Shown piece by piece: positions 1 to 8,495 of a DNA stretch of 39,722 nucleotides. Under the pieces are notes generated by a model. The model was not told the DNA's origin and ran no database searches. It saw only the letters and a program-made list of their open reading frames with translations. The first letter of the stretch is position 1. Each line of letters opens with the position of its first letter. The translations under genes and the position numbers were made by a program. Origin of the DNA: Patescibacteria group bacterium (lineage in GTDB: Bacteria; Patescibacteriota; Doudnabacteria; UBA920); assembly GCA_028870105.1 (NCBI GenBank), contig JAGWQI010000001.1, forward strand, positions 1 to 39,722, written 5' to 3'.

Positions 1-624
1 GGTCGAGGCGTAAGACGCCCCCACAAAGCAAATTTTCATGCCGCCGGCTGCCACGGCCGCCGGCTGCCAGGCTTGCTCCAAACTATCTCCCGTACCTTCG
101 TGCAGGATATGGTTTTGATCCAGCAGCGAACGCGTAAAATCCAAGCCGGCAAGTCCCTGGTCCATGGCGTGGTTATTGGCTAAATTCAAAATTTGAAAGT
201 TGTTATACGTCAGCCCGGCTATGAGCTGCGCCGGCGCGCCGAATACCAAGGAGTGGCCGCCAATGATCCCCTTAGAAGCCGGATCAAATGGCGATTCCAG
301 ATTGGCAAAGTTAAAATTGGTGGCGCTTAAAATGCCCGACATTTTTTCGAAGGGAACATTGTAGTCGCCGTGGATGCCAGCGGCCACGTTGCGCGACAGC
401 ATAATGTCGCCAACGGCCAAAAATTCGGCTGTGTCCTGGGCGGGCATATTGCCGCGTAAGCTTTGCGCCTGCTGGTAAAAATCGCTGAGTGTTTTGTTGT
501 TTTCGGCCGGCGCGCGATAAATCGAGCGGCGCGCGCCGACGTGGCGGAACACAAAGTAACCGCCGATCAGAACAGTAATCAGCAGTAAGGAAATCGTGAT
601 GGCAATTTTTGTCCGTGGGTTCAT
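1..624 (-). CDS. CapA/PGA_cap-family (metallophosphatase-like) membrane-anchored protein, N-terminal 208 codons; gene runs off the window start
   Basis: Absent from the ORF track because there is no stop in the window. Reverse complement from ATG at 624..622 reads MNPRTKIAITISLLLITVLIGGYFVFRH (TM anchor) ...LAVGDIMLSRNV...NFANLESPF...LNLANNHAMDQG. These are the GDxMxxR and ANNH motifs I associate with CapA-type proteins. The frame is open to base 1. Confidence 0.7.
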   Translation of the reverse strand, partial: MNPRTKIAITISLLLITVLIGGYFVFRHVGARRSIYRAPAENNKTLSDFYQQAQSLRGNMPAQDTAEFLAVGDIMLSRNVAAGIHGDYNVPFEKMSGILSATNFNFANLESPFDPASKGIIGGHSLVFGAPAQLIAGLTYNNFQILNLANNHAMDQGLAGLDFTRSLLDQNHILHEGTGDSLEQAWQPAAVAAGGMKICFVGASYAST

Positions 625-678
625 GATGTTTACTAATGATCAATATCCGTTTAGGTCAATCAATGCAATCGGAATAAT

Positions 679-1812
679 TTATCTGCTAAGCACATACTGT
701 TGCCCGCCTAGATTTTTAATTTTGCCCTTCATTTCCAAAAACGTCAAGGCTGAAGTCGCGTCCGCTAACGAGAGCTGGCTTTGCCGCACAATTTCGTTTA
801 TGTGCAGCGGTTCGTGGGCAACAACCTGGAGCAAGGCTGCTTCCGCCGGCGAATCATCAAAACCGCTTTGCGCTTGCTGCTGCTCGGGCCAGTGCTGTAA
901 ATTTAGGTCCTCGAGGATATCAATGGCGTCAGTGACCAACTTAGCACCCATTTTAATTAAATTATTCGGGCCTTGGCTCTGCTCGGCGTAAATCGGTCCG
1001 GGGACGGCATAAACGCCGCGGTTTTGTTCGAGCGCGTATTTGGCGGTAATCAGGCTGCCGCTTTTTAGATTGCATTCGATCACGACCGTGGCCACGGACA
1101 TGCCGGAAATAATGCGGTTGCGCGCCACGAAATTTTGTTTAAAGTTCGGCGTGAGTGGCGGGTACTCGCTCAGCAGCATCCCGCCGGTATCTAAAATCTG
1201 CTGGGCCAATAGGCCGTGAGCTTTAGGGTAAAGACTTTTTTCGTCCAGGCCGCCGCCCAGTACGGCAATGGTACGCCGGCCGCGCTCCACGGCGGCCTGG
1301 TGCGCTAGGGCGTCAACCCCAAAGGCCATGCCGGAAACAATTATCGCGCCGGCTTCGGCTAACGGGCCGGCCAAACGCGGCGTGGCTAGCCGTCCATAGG
1401 TTGTGACCATGCGCGTGCCGACCATGGCCAGGCATAATTCATCCCCCGGCCCGAGCGCGCCGCGATAGTAAAGCAGCGGCGGAAATTTTTCTGTTTCTAA
1501 AAGTAGTTTCGGGTAAGAGCTGTCTGTAAATGTCAGCAGGCCAATGCCATGCGCGCGCAACTTTTCCGCCTCGGCGTTTAAATCCAGTTTTTCGCGATGG
1601 CGCAAGAATATTTCGGCAATCTCGGGCTCAATGCCTGCCGCGGAAAGTTGCCTCGCGGTTGCCAAAAAAGCCGCGCGCCAGTCTTCAAAATATCGATACA
1701 GCTTCATTAGCCTCGCTGGCCCAAATTGCGGCAAGAGATTAAAAGCATGTATATATAGTGAGGCTGGCGCGTCCATTGGTAAGTTGGCTGGCCAATTAGT
1801 TATTTTTGTCAA
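679..1812 (-). CDS. dprA: DNA processing protein DprA (Smf)
   Basis: 377-aa ORF with the DprA core GMAFGVDALAHQAAVERGRRTIAVLGGGLD...NFVARNRIISGMS and a C-terminal winged-helix-like tail. The track start is TTG at 1812; the ATG at 1776 (MDAPASLY) is an equally plausible start. Confidence 0.9.
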   Translation of the reverse strand: MTKITNWPANLPMDAPASLYIHAFNLLPQFGPARLMKLYRYFEDWRAAFLATARQLSAAGIEPEIAEIFLRHREKLDLNAEAEKLRAHGIGLLTFTDSSYPKLLLETEKFPPLLYYRGALGPGDELCLAMVGTRMVTTYGRLATPRLAGPLAEAGAIIVSGMAFGVDALAHQAAVERGRRTIAVLGGGLDEKSLYPKAHGLLAQQILDTGGMLLSEYPPLTPNFKQNFVARNRIISGMSVATVVIECNLKSGSLITAKYALEQNRGVYAVPGPIYAEQSQGPNNLIKMGAKLVTDAIDILEDLNLQHWPEQQQAQSGFDDSPAEAALLQVVAHEPLHINEIVRQSQLSLADATSALTFLEMKGKIKNLGGQQYVLSR

Positions 1813-1833
1813 AAATATGGGTTAAATTCAGTC

Positions 1834-1862
1834 TTGACAAAGTCATAAAAAAGGAGTATAAT
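1834..1862 (+). promoter_or_regulatory. Consensus sigma70-type promoter TTGACA-17 nt-TATAAT, divergent from dprA
   Basis: TTGACA at 1834..1839 and TATAAT at 1857..1862, with an exact 17-nt spacer. No protein ORF lies downstream before pth, which is on the opposite strand. Confidence 0.6.
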
Positions 1863-1868
1863 AATATA

Positions 1869-2114
1869 TAAAGCTATTGATTTATTTTGAAGGTTTTTTT
1901 CGTTTGCGCCTGCCGCCCTATTTGCAAGTTGCGAAAGCACGTGTCATCCCTCCTATCACGCGCTCTTAGCACCAAGTAAAGTTTCTAGGCGATTGTCTGG
2001 GATCTTTCACTTGCAGGTAGGGTAGCGGGCGCAATTTTGGTCTAACAAGCCAAGGTTCCAAAAATACCGCCTTGAAAAAATGTCTGTCAAAAAACGCCGG
2101 TAAGGCGTTTTTTT
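1869..2114 (+). ncRNA. Candidate structured small RNA, family unassigned (rod-like fold, 6S-like at best)
   Basis: Bracketed by the consensus promoter and a hairpin plus T-run. Positions 1906..1928 pair with 2010..2032 (23 positions, 1 mismatch, 4 G-U pairs that work only on the + strand). A GAAA tetraloop hairpin sits at 1931..1938. No ORF of 60 aa or more. Confidence 0.45.
2089..2114. terminator. Bidirectional rho-independent terminator (A5-ACGCC-GGTAA-GGCGT-T7)
   Basis: Stem 2094..2098/2104..2108, flanked by an A-run and a T-run. It lies at the 3' end of the candidate RNA (+) and overlaps the pth stop (-). Confidence 0.7.
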
Positions 2115-2661
2115 AGTTTGCTAAAAAGTTAATGATTTCCAGTTTGGCTTGCGGCAGGATTTTGTCATGCAATTGTTTGAGTTCGTCGTCAGTAAAATTT
2201 TGCAGGACAAAGGCGTCGGTAGGAAGCTCGCTGCGCGAAGCGCGGGTTTCAATGCCGATGCGCAACCGTTGGAAATTTTTGCCGCCCAGCTCGTTAATAA
2301 TACTTTGTACGCCATTGTGGCCTGCGGCCGAGGAGTCTAAGGATATTCGGATGTCGCCGAAAGGCAAATCGACTTCGTCATGGATCACCAGCAAGTCTCG
2401 GGCCAGGTCAAGTTTGTAAAAGTTGCAGATAACTTTCAGCGCCTGGCCGCTGTCATTCATGTAGGTTTGCGGTTTTAAAAACAGGGTCTTTGCGCCGTCC
2501 TGCTGCCAGGTCCAGAGTTCGGATTTGAACTCTTTGCTGGGTTTGGCTGTCATAAAACCATCGCCGTCGTTTAAAATATAATCGATGGCCAAAAAGCCCG
2601 CGTTGTGGCGGGTGTTCTTGTATTTTTCTCCCGGATTGCCAAGACCGACGACCAATTTCAT
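2113..2661 (-). CDS. pth: Peptidyl-tRNA hydrolase
   Basis: MKLVVGLGNPGEKYKNTRHNAGF...HDEVDLPFG...GHNG motifs. The start is taken at the internal ATG (2661) of the 205-aa track ORF, because the longer N-terminus would overlap der. Confidence 0.93.
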   Translation of the reverse strand: MKLVVGLGNPGEKYKNTRHNAGFLAIDYILNDGDGFMTAKPSKEFKSELWTWQQDGAKTLFLKPQTYMNDSGQALKVICNFYKLDLARDLLVIHDEVDLPFGDIRISLDSSAAGHNGVQSIINELGGKNFQRLRIGIETRASRSELPTDAFVLQNFTDDELKQLHDKILPQAKLEIINFLAN

Positions 2662-2681
2662 GGAAGTATTATAGCAAAAAA

Positions 2682-4013
2682 TTAGGTTTTGTCTTTGCCG
2701 CGTAAGCGCAAAACTATCGGCGTGCCCCAAAAATCTAAGTGTTTGATAATGGAATTTTCCAGGAATTTGCGGAACTGCATGGAAATCGCCGCCGGATGGT
2801 TGACTAAAAGTTCGAACGAGGGGGGGTTGACATCGTACTGGTGCAGGGAAAAAACCTTAGGTTTTTTTTGGTCGCGCAAGAGTTTGGGCGAGTTTTTTTT
2901 CAGGGCCTGATTTAGGAATTCCGACAGGGTCTGGTTGTCGATTTCTTTGCCGCGACGCTCAAAGATCGGTTTTGTGGCCGCAATGGCTTCGCTTAGGCCT
3001 TGGCCGGTTTTGCCGGAGACAAAGAACACCGGGCACATCCACAAAAAGGGGAAATGCAGCGAGAGATAATCGCGCAATTTTTCTTGGCTGCCTTTGTAGA
3101 CATCCATTTTATTGGCCAAAATAACGCAGCCTTTTTGTTGTGAAAAAATTTCTTGGGCAATGCGTTGGTCTTGCTTGGTAATTTCTTCGGTGGCATCAAT
3201 GACAAAAAAGCAGACGTCCGAGCGGCGGATCGACTTAAATGTTTGGAAGCCGGAAAAAATGTCGGCCTGGGCCTGACGGTACTCTTTTTTCTTTAGTCCG
3301 GCTGTATCGATAAACGTGTAATTAATGTCGGCTATTGTGATGCGGCTGTCGATGGCCGTGCGGGTGGTGCCGGGCACGGGGGAAACGACCACGCGTTCTT
3401 CCTGCAAAATTTGATTAAAGACGCTTGACTTTCCAACGTTGGGTTTGCCAACAATGGCCACGGAAATGCCGGCGTTTTTAAGTTCCGCCCCGTTTGTTTT
3501 TACTTTGCCGGCCAGTTCGGCTATGGCGTCGAGCAGATCGCCTAAGCCCACGCCGCTTAGCGCCGACACCCCGAACATGGATTTAATGCCCAGGCTCTGG
3601 AATGCAGCCAGTTTTTCCTGGCGTTCCTTTAAGGCTTCCAGTTTATTGACCGCTAAAAGCAGCGGTTTTTTTTGTTTGCGGATTTTTTTTAGGGCGCTTT
3701 GGTTGATGCTGGAACGCGGCTGTCGGCCGTCGACGACCAGCAGCAGGATGTCGGCTTCGGCCACGGCCAGGTCGATTTGTTTATTAATGTTTTGTTCTAG
3801 TTCGTCCTGCCGGTTGTCTGTAAAACCGGCGGTGTCGACTAAGGCGAACGATTTGCCATTCCAGGAAGTGTCGATGTATTGGCGGTCTCGCGTGGTGCCA
3901 GCCAAATCTGAAGTCACGGCCAGCCGGCCGCCGGAGACTTTGTTGAGCAAGCTGGATTTGCCGGCGTTAGCCGGCCCGATAATGGCAATTATAGGGAGTC
4001 GTTTAGTGGTCAT
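2682..4013 (-). CDS. der: Ribosome-associated GTPase Der/EngA (tandem G domains plus KH-like C-terminus)
   Basis: Two P-loops, GPANAGKSSLLN and GKPNVGKSSVFN. Two DTAG motifs (VDTAGF, IDTAGL) and NKLE/NKMD G4 motifs. Confidence 0.95.
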   Translation of the reverse strand: MTTKRLPIIAIIGPANAGKSSLLNKVSGGRLAVTSDLAGTTRDRQYIDTSWNGKSFALVDTAGFTDNRQDELEQNINKQIDLAVAEADILLLVVDGRQPRSSINQSALKKIRKQKKPLLLAVNKLEALKERQEKLAAFQSLGIKSMFGVSALSGVGLGDLLDAIAELAGKVKTNGAELKNAGISVAIVGKPNVGKSSVFNQILQEERVVVSPVPGTTRTAIDSRITIADINYTFIDTAGLKKKEYRQAQADIFSGFQTFKSIRRSDVCFFVIDATEEITKQDQRIAQEIFSQQKGCVILANKMDVYKGSQEKLRDYLSLHFPFLWMCPVFFVSGKTGQGLSEAIAATKPIFERRGKEIDNQTLSEFLNQALKKNSPKLLRDQKKPKVFSLHQYDVNPPSFELLVNHPAAISMQFRKFLENSIIKHLDFWGTPIVLRLRGKDKT

Positions 4014-4043
4014 GTTGAGTTAAAAATAATACCTTTGGTTTGA

Positions 4044-5480
4044 TTAGGGTTGTTCGGGGATTTCCGGAGTCGGCGCGCCGCCCAAAACTACCACCACGTC
4101 GACCTTGCTGGGGTCGGCGTTAACGCCCGGCGGCGGCAGCGTAACCTCAGTGGCGTTTAAAGTATTTTTTAAAAATTCCGCCGTGGCCGGTTTAGGATTA
4201 ACCTGGTAAAAGATATTTTTGCTGAGGCTGCTGCCTTGATATGGTAACTCCCAGACCGTCAGCCCGGCTTGCTTGAGGGCGCGGTCTGAGTCCTGGTACT
4301 GGGCTGAATCGTGGTTGCTGGAGCTCATCCAGATGACGGCTTTTTCTTGGTTAAGCTTGCCAATGGAAAACGCGTTTTTAAAGAAGTTCTGTACGTCGGT
4401 CTCGTTTTTGCCCGGGCAGGGTACTAAGGTGTAGGCGCCGGTGTCGGGACGGATGTATGGGCAAATGAGTTCGGTGGCCGGGTCTAGGCTTAGCGACAAA
4501 AAATTGTTTATGTGGTTCTGTTTGACCAAAGAAAGAATGCGAAACATTTCACCAGGGGTGATGTTGGTATGGAAATGATCGGCAAAGATGTTCAGCAGGC
4601 TGTTAATTTTTCCCGAATCCGTAATCAGGTTCAGATTCAGCACTTTTTCTTTGAACGCCTGGATGACTTTTTGCTGGCGCGCGCTGCGCGCGAAATCCGA
4701 ACCTTCCGGCCCGTCGGCGTGGCGGCTGCGTGCGAAGATCAAGGCGCGCTGGCCGTCCATGTGCTGCCAGCCCGCGGTAAACGTTTGCGGCGGCAAGTAA
4801 CCGTTAGTGGCGTCGTTAGGGAAAGTATAGTCGGTGAAGGTGCGGTCAACTTTAACGTCTAGGCCGCCAATTTGATCAATGGCCTTTTCGAAACCCGAAA
4901 AATCTACGACCGCGAAGTAGGGGATATTCAAACCGGTCAGGTTTCCTACGGTTTGCATGGCCACTTCGCCGCCTTGGCCGTAATCGTGGTTTTTGAGGTA
5001 GCCGTCGGAAAAAGCCTCGTTGATTTTGGCTTCGTGAAAGGCGGGAATGCTGACCCAGTAGTCGCGGGGAATGGACGTTAAAACAATGGCGCCGGTGTCG
5101 GGGCGGATTTGCGCTAAGATCATGGTATCGGTCAAATACGGCCCGTCGTGGCCCTCGCCGCCGATTCCCAGCAGCAAGATGTTGACTTGGCCTAAGTCTT
5201 CGCCGACCAGCCGGACCTGCGAACCGCCGGTCAGCACTTCCTGGATTTTTTGGAAAAAGGACAGCTTGCGGCCGACAAAAATTTTATCCGACAGATTGAG
5301 GGCGCGCTGGACCACTATGCTGCCCAAAATCAAAATTAAAAGCCCTAAGATCGCCAAAATAATTTTTAGCGGGCGCTTTGGGCGCTTTGGGGAAGGCGAT
5401 TTGGTCAGCAAGCTGACATGACGCGGGCCAAGTGTCTGGATTTGGGGTGGCGGGACGTTAATGGAGTCTAGATTTTTCAT
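4044..5480 (-). CDS. LytR-CpsA-Psr (LCP) family cell-envelope phosphotransferase with C-terminal extension
   Basis: N-terminal TM (ILAILGLLILILGSIVV), then the LCP core LLLGIGGEGHDGPYLTDTMILAQIRPDTGAIVLTSIPRDYWV...ALIFARSRH. Confidence 0.85.
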   Translation of the reverse strand: MKNLDSINVPPPQIQTLGPRHVSLLTKSPSPKRPKRPLKIILAILGLLILILGSIVVQRALNLSDKIFVGRKLSFFQKIQEVLTGGSQVRLVGEDLGQVNILLLGIGGEGHDGPYLTDTMILAQIRPDTGAIVLTSIPRDYWVSIPAFHEAKINEAFSDGYLKNHDYGQGGEVAMQTVGNLTGLNIPYFAVVDFSGFEKAIDQIGGLDVKVDRTFTDYTFPNDATNGYLPPQTFTAGWQHMDGQRALIFARSRHADGPEGSDFARSARQQKVIQAFKEKVLNLNLITDSGKINSLLNIFADHFHTNITPGEMFRILSLVKQNHINNFLSLSLDPATELICPYIRPDTGAYTLVPCPGKNETDVQNFFKNAFSIGKLNQEKAVIWMSSSNHDSAQYQDSDRALKQAGLTVWELPYQGSSLSKNIFYQVNPKPATAEFLKNTLNATEVTLPPPGVNADPSKVDVVVVLGGAPTPEIPEQP

Positions 5481-5583
5481 GTTGCAATAAGCCAGAAGTT
5501 CCTTTATTATACCGTAAAGCTTGGCGAAAGTTAATAGCCGTTGCCAGTTCCGCTTGCTTTGGCCAAAAAAATAAGCTAAAGAC

Positions 5584-5612
5584 TTGCCATGCCGGCCGGC
5601 TGGTGGTATATT
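5584..5612 (+). promoter_or_regulatory. Putative promoter of the tRNA-Val transcript (TTGCCA-17-TGgTATATT)
   Basis: TTGCCA at 5584..5589 and TATATT at 5607..5612, preceded by TGg (extended -10). Confidence 0.5.
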
Positions 5613-5685
5613 TTTAGAGCCAAATTGCTTAGTTGTATACGTCGGGACAATTAGTTTAGTTGGCCATGCCGCAAATGGTTAATTT

Positions 5686-5762
5686 GGACAATTAGCTCAG
5701 TTGGTTAGAGCGCGCCGTTCACATCGGCGAGGTCAGAGGTTCGAGTCCTCTATTGTCCACCA
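5686..5762 (+). tRNA. tRNA-Val (anticodon CAC), CCA encoded
   Basis: Hand-folded cloverleaf: acceptor GGACAAT/ATTGTCC; D arm GCTC-AGTTGGTTA-GAGC; anticodon arm CGCCG-TTCACAT-CGGCG; variable AGGTC; T arm AGAGG-TTCGAGT-CCTCT; discriminator A plus CCA. Total 77 nt. Confidence 0.95.
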
Positions 5763-5906
5763 TTTGTGGCCGGGTAAATTAGAGCGCTCGGTTTAAATTG
5801 CAGGGGTCGCCGGCTTAAGCCCAGTTCTGCCCACCAGACATCGGGCCCAGCGGGCCGCTGCGGCGTGGACGCACAACTTGAATTCAAAACTTATCGAAGT
5901 ATTTTT

Positions 5907-6512
5907 ATGGACGAACTAAAACAAAATCCTCAGCCTGCCGCCAATGGCGGGGGCATTAAGGCCGTCGCGGGGTTTTTTTGGGATCTGTTGAAGATCTTGA
6001 TTATTGCTCTGGTAATTATTGTTCCGTTCCGCATCTTTGTGGCCGAGCCGTTTGTGGTCAGCGGGTCGTCTATGCTGCCGAATTTTCACAATGGCGACTA
6101 CTTGATTATTGATCGCCTGAGCTACCGTTTTTCCCAGCCTGACCGCGGGGATGTGATTGTTCTGCTTTTCCCAAAAGACACCAGCCAATTTTTTATTAAA
6201 CGGATCATTGGCTTGCCTGGCGAGACCGTACAGATCAAGCAGGGCCACGTTTACATTTTTAACCAGCAGCACCCTGAAGGTTTTGAGCTCAATGAGTCTT
6301 ATATTCCCAGCGGCGTAATGACTTATGACCAGCCGGACAAAAAGGTGACTTTGGGCGACAACGAGTATTTTGTGCTCGGCGACAACCGGTTAGCCAGCAG
6401 CGATAGCCGGGTTTGGGGCATCTTGCCGCGTAATGATATTGTTGGCCGGGTGTTTTTGCGGGTGTTCCCAGTCGCGTCCGCCTCGGTTTTTCACCCCGTG
6501 AATTATCAATAA
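5907..6512 (+). CDS. lepB: Signal peptidase I
   Basis: SGSSMLPNF (catalytic Ser box), KRIIGLPGE (catalytic Lys box) and GDNRLASSDSR box. ATG at 5907 is preferred over the GTG at 5865 used by the track. Confidence 0.9.
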   Translation: MDELKQNPQPAANGGGIKAVAGFFWDLLKILIIALVIIVPFRIFVAEPFVVSGSSMLPNFHNGDYLIIDRLSYRFSQPDRGDVIVLLFPKDTSQFFIKRIIGLPGETVQIKQGHVYIFNQQHPEGFELNESYIPSGVMTYDQPDKKVTLGDNEYFVLGDNRLASSDSRVWGILPRNDIVGRVFLRVFPVASASVFHPVNYQ

Positions 6513-6615
6513 AAGCTTATCATGGCAAGATTAAAAAAATAAAATTTTGATATTTCGCTCAAAGGCAGGGACCGAATATTTTTGCGACTTGATTTTTTAA
6601 TCTGACCTCATTTTT

Positions 6616-7908
6616 ATGGGCCGACACAAGAAAACCCAGACTGATGGCGCTTACACGCCAAAAAAGATCCCGGCTCTGGAAGGCGCGGCGGACGTGATTA
6701 CCGATTCTGATCCGCTTTGGGAAGCCGTGCTCAAACGCTTGGCTAATATCGGCAAGACTTATGGTTTTGCGAAAGTTGAGCCGCCACTTTTAGAAGATCA
6801 ATATTTATACCAAAGTTTTTACCGGCAGAACCAGCTGCCGCCGGAAGTTTTGGCGGTAAGCGGCCCGGCCCGGCCGGCGGCCTTGCGGCCGGCAATGCTG
6901 CCCGGCGTGTTGCGCGGATATTATCAGAACAAAATTTTTGACAAACTACCTTTAGCCAAGTGGCATTATGGCGGTTGGACTTATCGGGTCGACAAAAAAG
7001 GCTTGCTGACTTCTAATTTTGAATACGGCCTGGAGATTTTTGGCGGTTTTACCCATTTGGCCGAAGCGCAGCTGATTGGCGCGGTTTGGGAGCTTTTAGG
7101 TTCGCTGGGATTGAAGGATGTGGCTTTGGAAGTGAACAATATTGGCGAGCAGGCTTGCCAGCAGGCTTACCAGGATAGTCTGCGTGATTTTTTGCGCGGC
7201 AAAAAGTATGATTTGTGCGACAATTGTAACGAGTCGTTGCAGACGCGCCCGTTGAACGTGTTTCGCTGCGCCAATTTGGATTGCCAGTCGTTGTTGGCTG
7301 AAGCGCCGGCAATTTTGGATTTTTTGAGCGAAGCCTCGCACAAGCAGTTCACCAGCATGTTGGAAGCCTTGGACGAAATGGGGATCCCGTACCAACTTAA
7401 CCCCGTGTACGCGGGGGTGGAAGGCTGCGCCAAGACCAACTTTGTGTTCAAGTACAAGACCAAGGACGAAACTTACATTCTGGGAGAAGGGGGTAGCCAC
7501 GAAGGTTATATACAAACATTGTGCGGCAAGCCGCATAGTTGCTTTGGATTTGTTGGCAGCGCCAGCCTGCTGAGGCAGCTTCTGGAGCAGAACAAGGTTA
7601 GCGTGTCAAAAGAGCTCCATAGCGACGTGTTTTTGGTGCCGCTTGGCGAATTGGCTTCCAAGAAATCCTTGCGCCTGTTTCGTGATTTAACCACCCAGCG
7701 CATTGCGGTGCATGACCATTTTGGCCAGAGCGGCGTTAAAAACCAGCTCAAGGCCGCGCAAACCCAAAGCGCGCCGATTGCTTTGATTATGGGCCAAAAA
7801 GAGGCGATGGAGGAAATGGTCATTTTGCGCGACGTAAAAAGCGGGATGCAAGAAGTAATTTCTTATGATAAAATAGTAGACGAGGTTAAGAAACGGTTGG
7901 GCAAGTAG
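6616..7908 (+). CDS. Histidyl-tRNA synthetase-like protein (class IIa fold plus anticodon-binding domain) with divergent catalytic motifs
   Basis: LRPAMLPGVLRGY aligns with LRPEGT. The CDNCNESLQTRPLNVF insertion is HisRS-like. The C-terminus VFLVPLG...APIALIMGQKE...VILRDVKSGMQ is a typical class IIa anticodon-binding domain. Motif 2, motif 3 and the histidine-binding boxes look degenerate (see findings). Confidence 0.75.
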   Translation: MGRHKKTQTDGAYTPKKIPALEGAADVITDSDPLWEAVLKRLANIGKTYGFAKVEPPLLEDQYLYQSFYRQNQLPPEVLAVSGPARPAALRPAMLPGVLRGYYQNKIFDKLPLAKWHYGGWTYRVDKKGLLTSNFEYGLEIFGGFTHLAEAQLIGAVWELLGSLGLKDVALEVNNIGEQACQQAYQDSLRDFLRGKKYDLCDNCNESLQTRPLNVFRCANLDCQSLLAEAPAILDFLSEASHKQFTSMLEALDEMGIPYQLNPVYAGVEGCAKTNFVFKYKTKDETYILGEGGSHEGYIQTLCGKPHSCFGFVGSASLLRQLLEQNKVSVSKELHSDVFLVPLGELASKKSLRLFRDLTTQRIAVHDHFGQSGVKNQLKAAQTQSAPIALIMGQKEAMEEMVILRDVKSGMQEVISYDKIVDEVKKRLGK

Positions 7909-7951
7909 TTTGGCTTTACCCGAGAAAGCGTTATAAATTAGCATTAGCCAT

Positions 7952-8287
7952 ATGTCAGACTGCGTATTTTGCAACATTGTAAATAAAGTTCTGGCTTCCA
8001 ACATTTTGCTGGAAACCGAGGATTTAATTGTGATCAACGATATTTTGCCGAAAGCTCCCGTGCATATGCTGATTATTCCCAAGAAGCATATTTTGTCCAT
8101 TAATCATTTGGAGCCCGAGGATGCCGAACTTGGCGGCAAGCTCTTGGAGGCGGCTAAAGAGATGGCCAAGCGGCAGGGGATTTCTGAAAGCGGCTACCGT
8201 TTGGTGTTTAATGTCGGCAAGGACGGCGGCCAGGTTATTCCGCACCTGCACTTGCATTTGCTTGGCGGCAAAAAGTTTACCGATTAG
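7952..8287 (+). CDS. HIT-family (histidine triad) nucleotide hydrolase
   Basis: 111 aa with CVFCNI near the N-terminus and the HLHLHLLGG triad. Confidence 0.9.
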   Translation: MSDCVFCNIVNKVLASNILLETEDLIVINDILPKAPVHMLIIPKKHILSINHLEPEDAELGGKLLEAAKEMAKRQGISESGYRLVFNVGKDGGQVIPHLHLHLLGGKKFTD

Positions 8288-8302
8288 GCGGCTTGGGCAC
8301 CT

Positions 8303-8326
8303 CGGGGATCAAACCCCGTTTTTTTA
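8303..8326 (+). terminator. Rho-independent terminator after the HIT gene
   Basis: CGGGG-ATCAAA-CCCCG followed by T7. Confidence 0.6.
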
Positions 8327-8389
8327 TTACTTCGGATTATGCCCGTATATTTGTCCCATTTTGGTTAGCCCGCACTGTTTAATGTTTTA

Positions 8390-8418
8390 TTGACCGTTTT
8401 GCGGAAATATAGTATAGT
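8390..8418 (+). promoter_or_regulatory. Putative rpsU promoter TTGACC-17-TATAGT
   Basis: TTGACC at 8390..8395 and TATAGT at 8413..8418. Confidence 0.5.
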
Positions 8419-8495
8419 TAGTTTGATCATCGACCGCAGTTGTCAAGCAATTTAACTTTGTCGAAGGTCGCATCTTACAGAAAGAGGTGATATTC

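Noticed and set aside
311-991. Track ORFs 311-643(-), 327-554(-) and 596-991(+)
   Set aside because: They are out of frame with, or antisense to, the CapA-like gene (1-624, -) and dprA. Their translations are Arg-rich or Cys-rich nonsense.
2080-2103. 7-codon ORF ATG TCT GTC AAA AAA CGC CGG TAA (MSVKKRR) inside the candidate sRNA
   Set aside because: It is too short, has no SD, and its 3' end is the terminator stem itself. I treat it as coincidental.
5763-5840. Possible second tRNA after tRNA-Val (the segment ends ...CTGCCCACCA)
   Set aside because: I could not build a cloverleaf. There is no GTTCRANYC-type T-loop and no complementary acceptor 5' strand. GAGCGCTC and GGCTTAAGCC are simple palindromes.
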